Source: a virus. From it: DNA of 64,000 bases. Below are positions 63,211 through 64,000 of this stretch, one piece after another. A program made the translations under genes and the position numbers. Location of the stretch: IMG/VR virus record IMGVR_UViG_3300042311_000577, positions 58,795 to 122,794 of that record; one strand, written 5' to 3'. The notes under the pieces are model-generated. The model did no database searches and had not been told where the DNA came from. It saw nothing but the letters and a program-made list of their open reading frames with translations. How positions within the stretch are numbered: position 1 is the first letter of the stretch; every line of letters begins with the position of its first letter.

Positions 63211-63957
63211 ATGGAAAAACTTCAAATTTTAGATGGAGGTTATAGTTACAATAACTATAAAGAAATAATGCAGTATTCTGAAGAAAAACAACGCATGTTG
63301 TTTTATGGAAAGCAGGTTTATGACTGTAGCTATATTATAAGAAAAGAAACCGATACTCATATTTATTGGAAAGTTGTAAATAAAACACCAAAATTTTATA
63401 ATAACAAGTTATTTTATAAAACTGAGAATAAGTCAGGTATAACTTATGATAAGAAAACAAAATCAATTAAAATATGGTTTGGTTTACCTTATTACAGATT
63501 ATCTAATATTATTCTTGATGATGTTTATTCAACATTCAAAAAGAAATGGGTATTAAAATGTTCTACTGGAATTGGTTCATTGATTAACAATACAATATTT
63601 AAAAGAATACTTAAAGATAAGGTTCTTAATGAAAAGGATATTTGTAGAGATTATTTAAAAACTTGTCCGTATAAGCATAAAGAGATTGATCTTGATCAAT
63701 TTAAAAATTTTGCTTCTTCTCTATATACTTCACCAAAAACATATAGTGATTATTTTCTATGTGCAAAGGACTGTAGTGATTTAATGAAATTTCTTCCAAA
63801 TAACACATACAATCCGGTAGTAGATAGTTTAGTTAATAAGGCTCTTATGTTAGATGAAAAACTTGATTTTAGTTTATCTCAGAATGAGTTTGATAATTTA
63901 GAGATAAAATGGACAAAATTAGTTTCAGATAAAAATATAATACTTCAGTTTATATGA
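63211..63957 (+). CDS. Hypothetical protein (~248 aa)
   Basis: Likely start MEKLQ at 63211 after an A-rich leader; ATGA overlap with a further ORF at 63954 that runs off the window. Confidence 0.65.
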   Translation: MEKLQILDGGYSYNNYKEIMQYSEEKQRMLFYGKQVYDCSYIIRKETDTHIYWKVVNKTPKFYNNKLFYKTENKSGITYDKKTKSIKIWFGLPYYRLSNIILDDVYSTFKKKWVLKCSTGIGSLINNTIFKRILKDKVLNEKDICRDYLKTCPYKHKEIDLDQFKNFASSLYTSPKTYSDYFLCAKDCSDLMKFLPNNTYNPVVDSLVNKALMLDEKLDFSLSQNEFDNLEIKWTKLVSDKNIILQFI

Positions 63958-64000
63958 AAAATACAATTTTAGAAATAGAAAAACAGATTGCTTTGTGTAA

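Noticed and set aside
1-64000. Stop-codon reassignment (TAG or TGA), as in some crAss-like phages
   Set aside because: Long genes are intact in code 11. TAG (34273, 48139) and TGA (23508) end genes immediately before or overlapping the next start codon.

Overview
This window is about 64 kb of an AT-rich, CpG-poor dsDNA phage genome in genetic code 11. Its gene order matches crAss-like (Crassvirales-related) podoviruses. A Bacteroidota host is likely, because there are no Shine-Dalgarno motifs, the leaders are A-rich and TAnnTTTG-type promoters are present. Bases 1-58036 form one minus-strand late/structural arm. In transcription order it holds small accessory genes (an ATE/Bpt-like aminoacyl-tRNA-protein transferase, zincins, an Acb2/Tad1-like protein, GroES-like, DUF3310), fibre-like proteins, a lysis cassette, HU/IHF-like and PD-(D/E)xK nuclease genes, terminase, portal, scaffold-like protein and major capsid protein. 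These are followed by tiny basic proteins, a ferritin-like protein, Cys-rich appendage proteins, ring and tail-stabilisation proteins, and five large probable ejected (cargo) proteins, the last truncated at base 1. After a GC-rich palindromic strand switch (~58190-58400), a plus-strand early-like arm begins. It has a repeated promoter-like motif and intergenic spaces densely packed with base-pairable structure. Main leads: (i) a 303-aa coiled-coil gene followed by a ~310-nt structured element with an 11-unit hexamer periodicity; (ii) several other candidate ncRNAs and pseudoknots; (iii) a recurrent x-x-x-G-G motif and shared terminal modules across the cargo and small basic proteins; (iv) phage-borne ATE/Bpt-like and Janus/PHPT1-like enzymes. 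All family calls come from motif recognition by eye, not from database searches.
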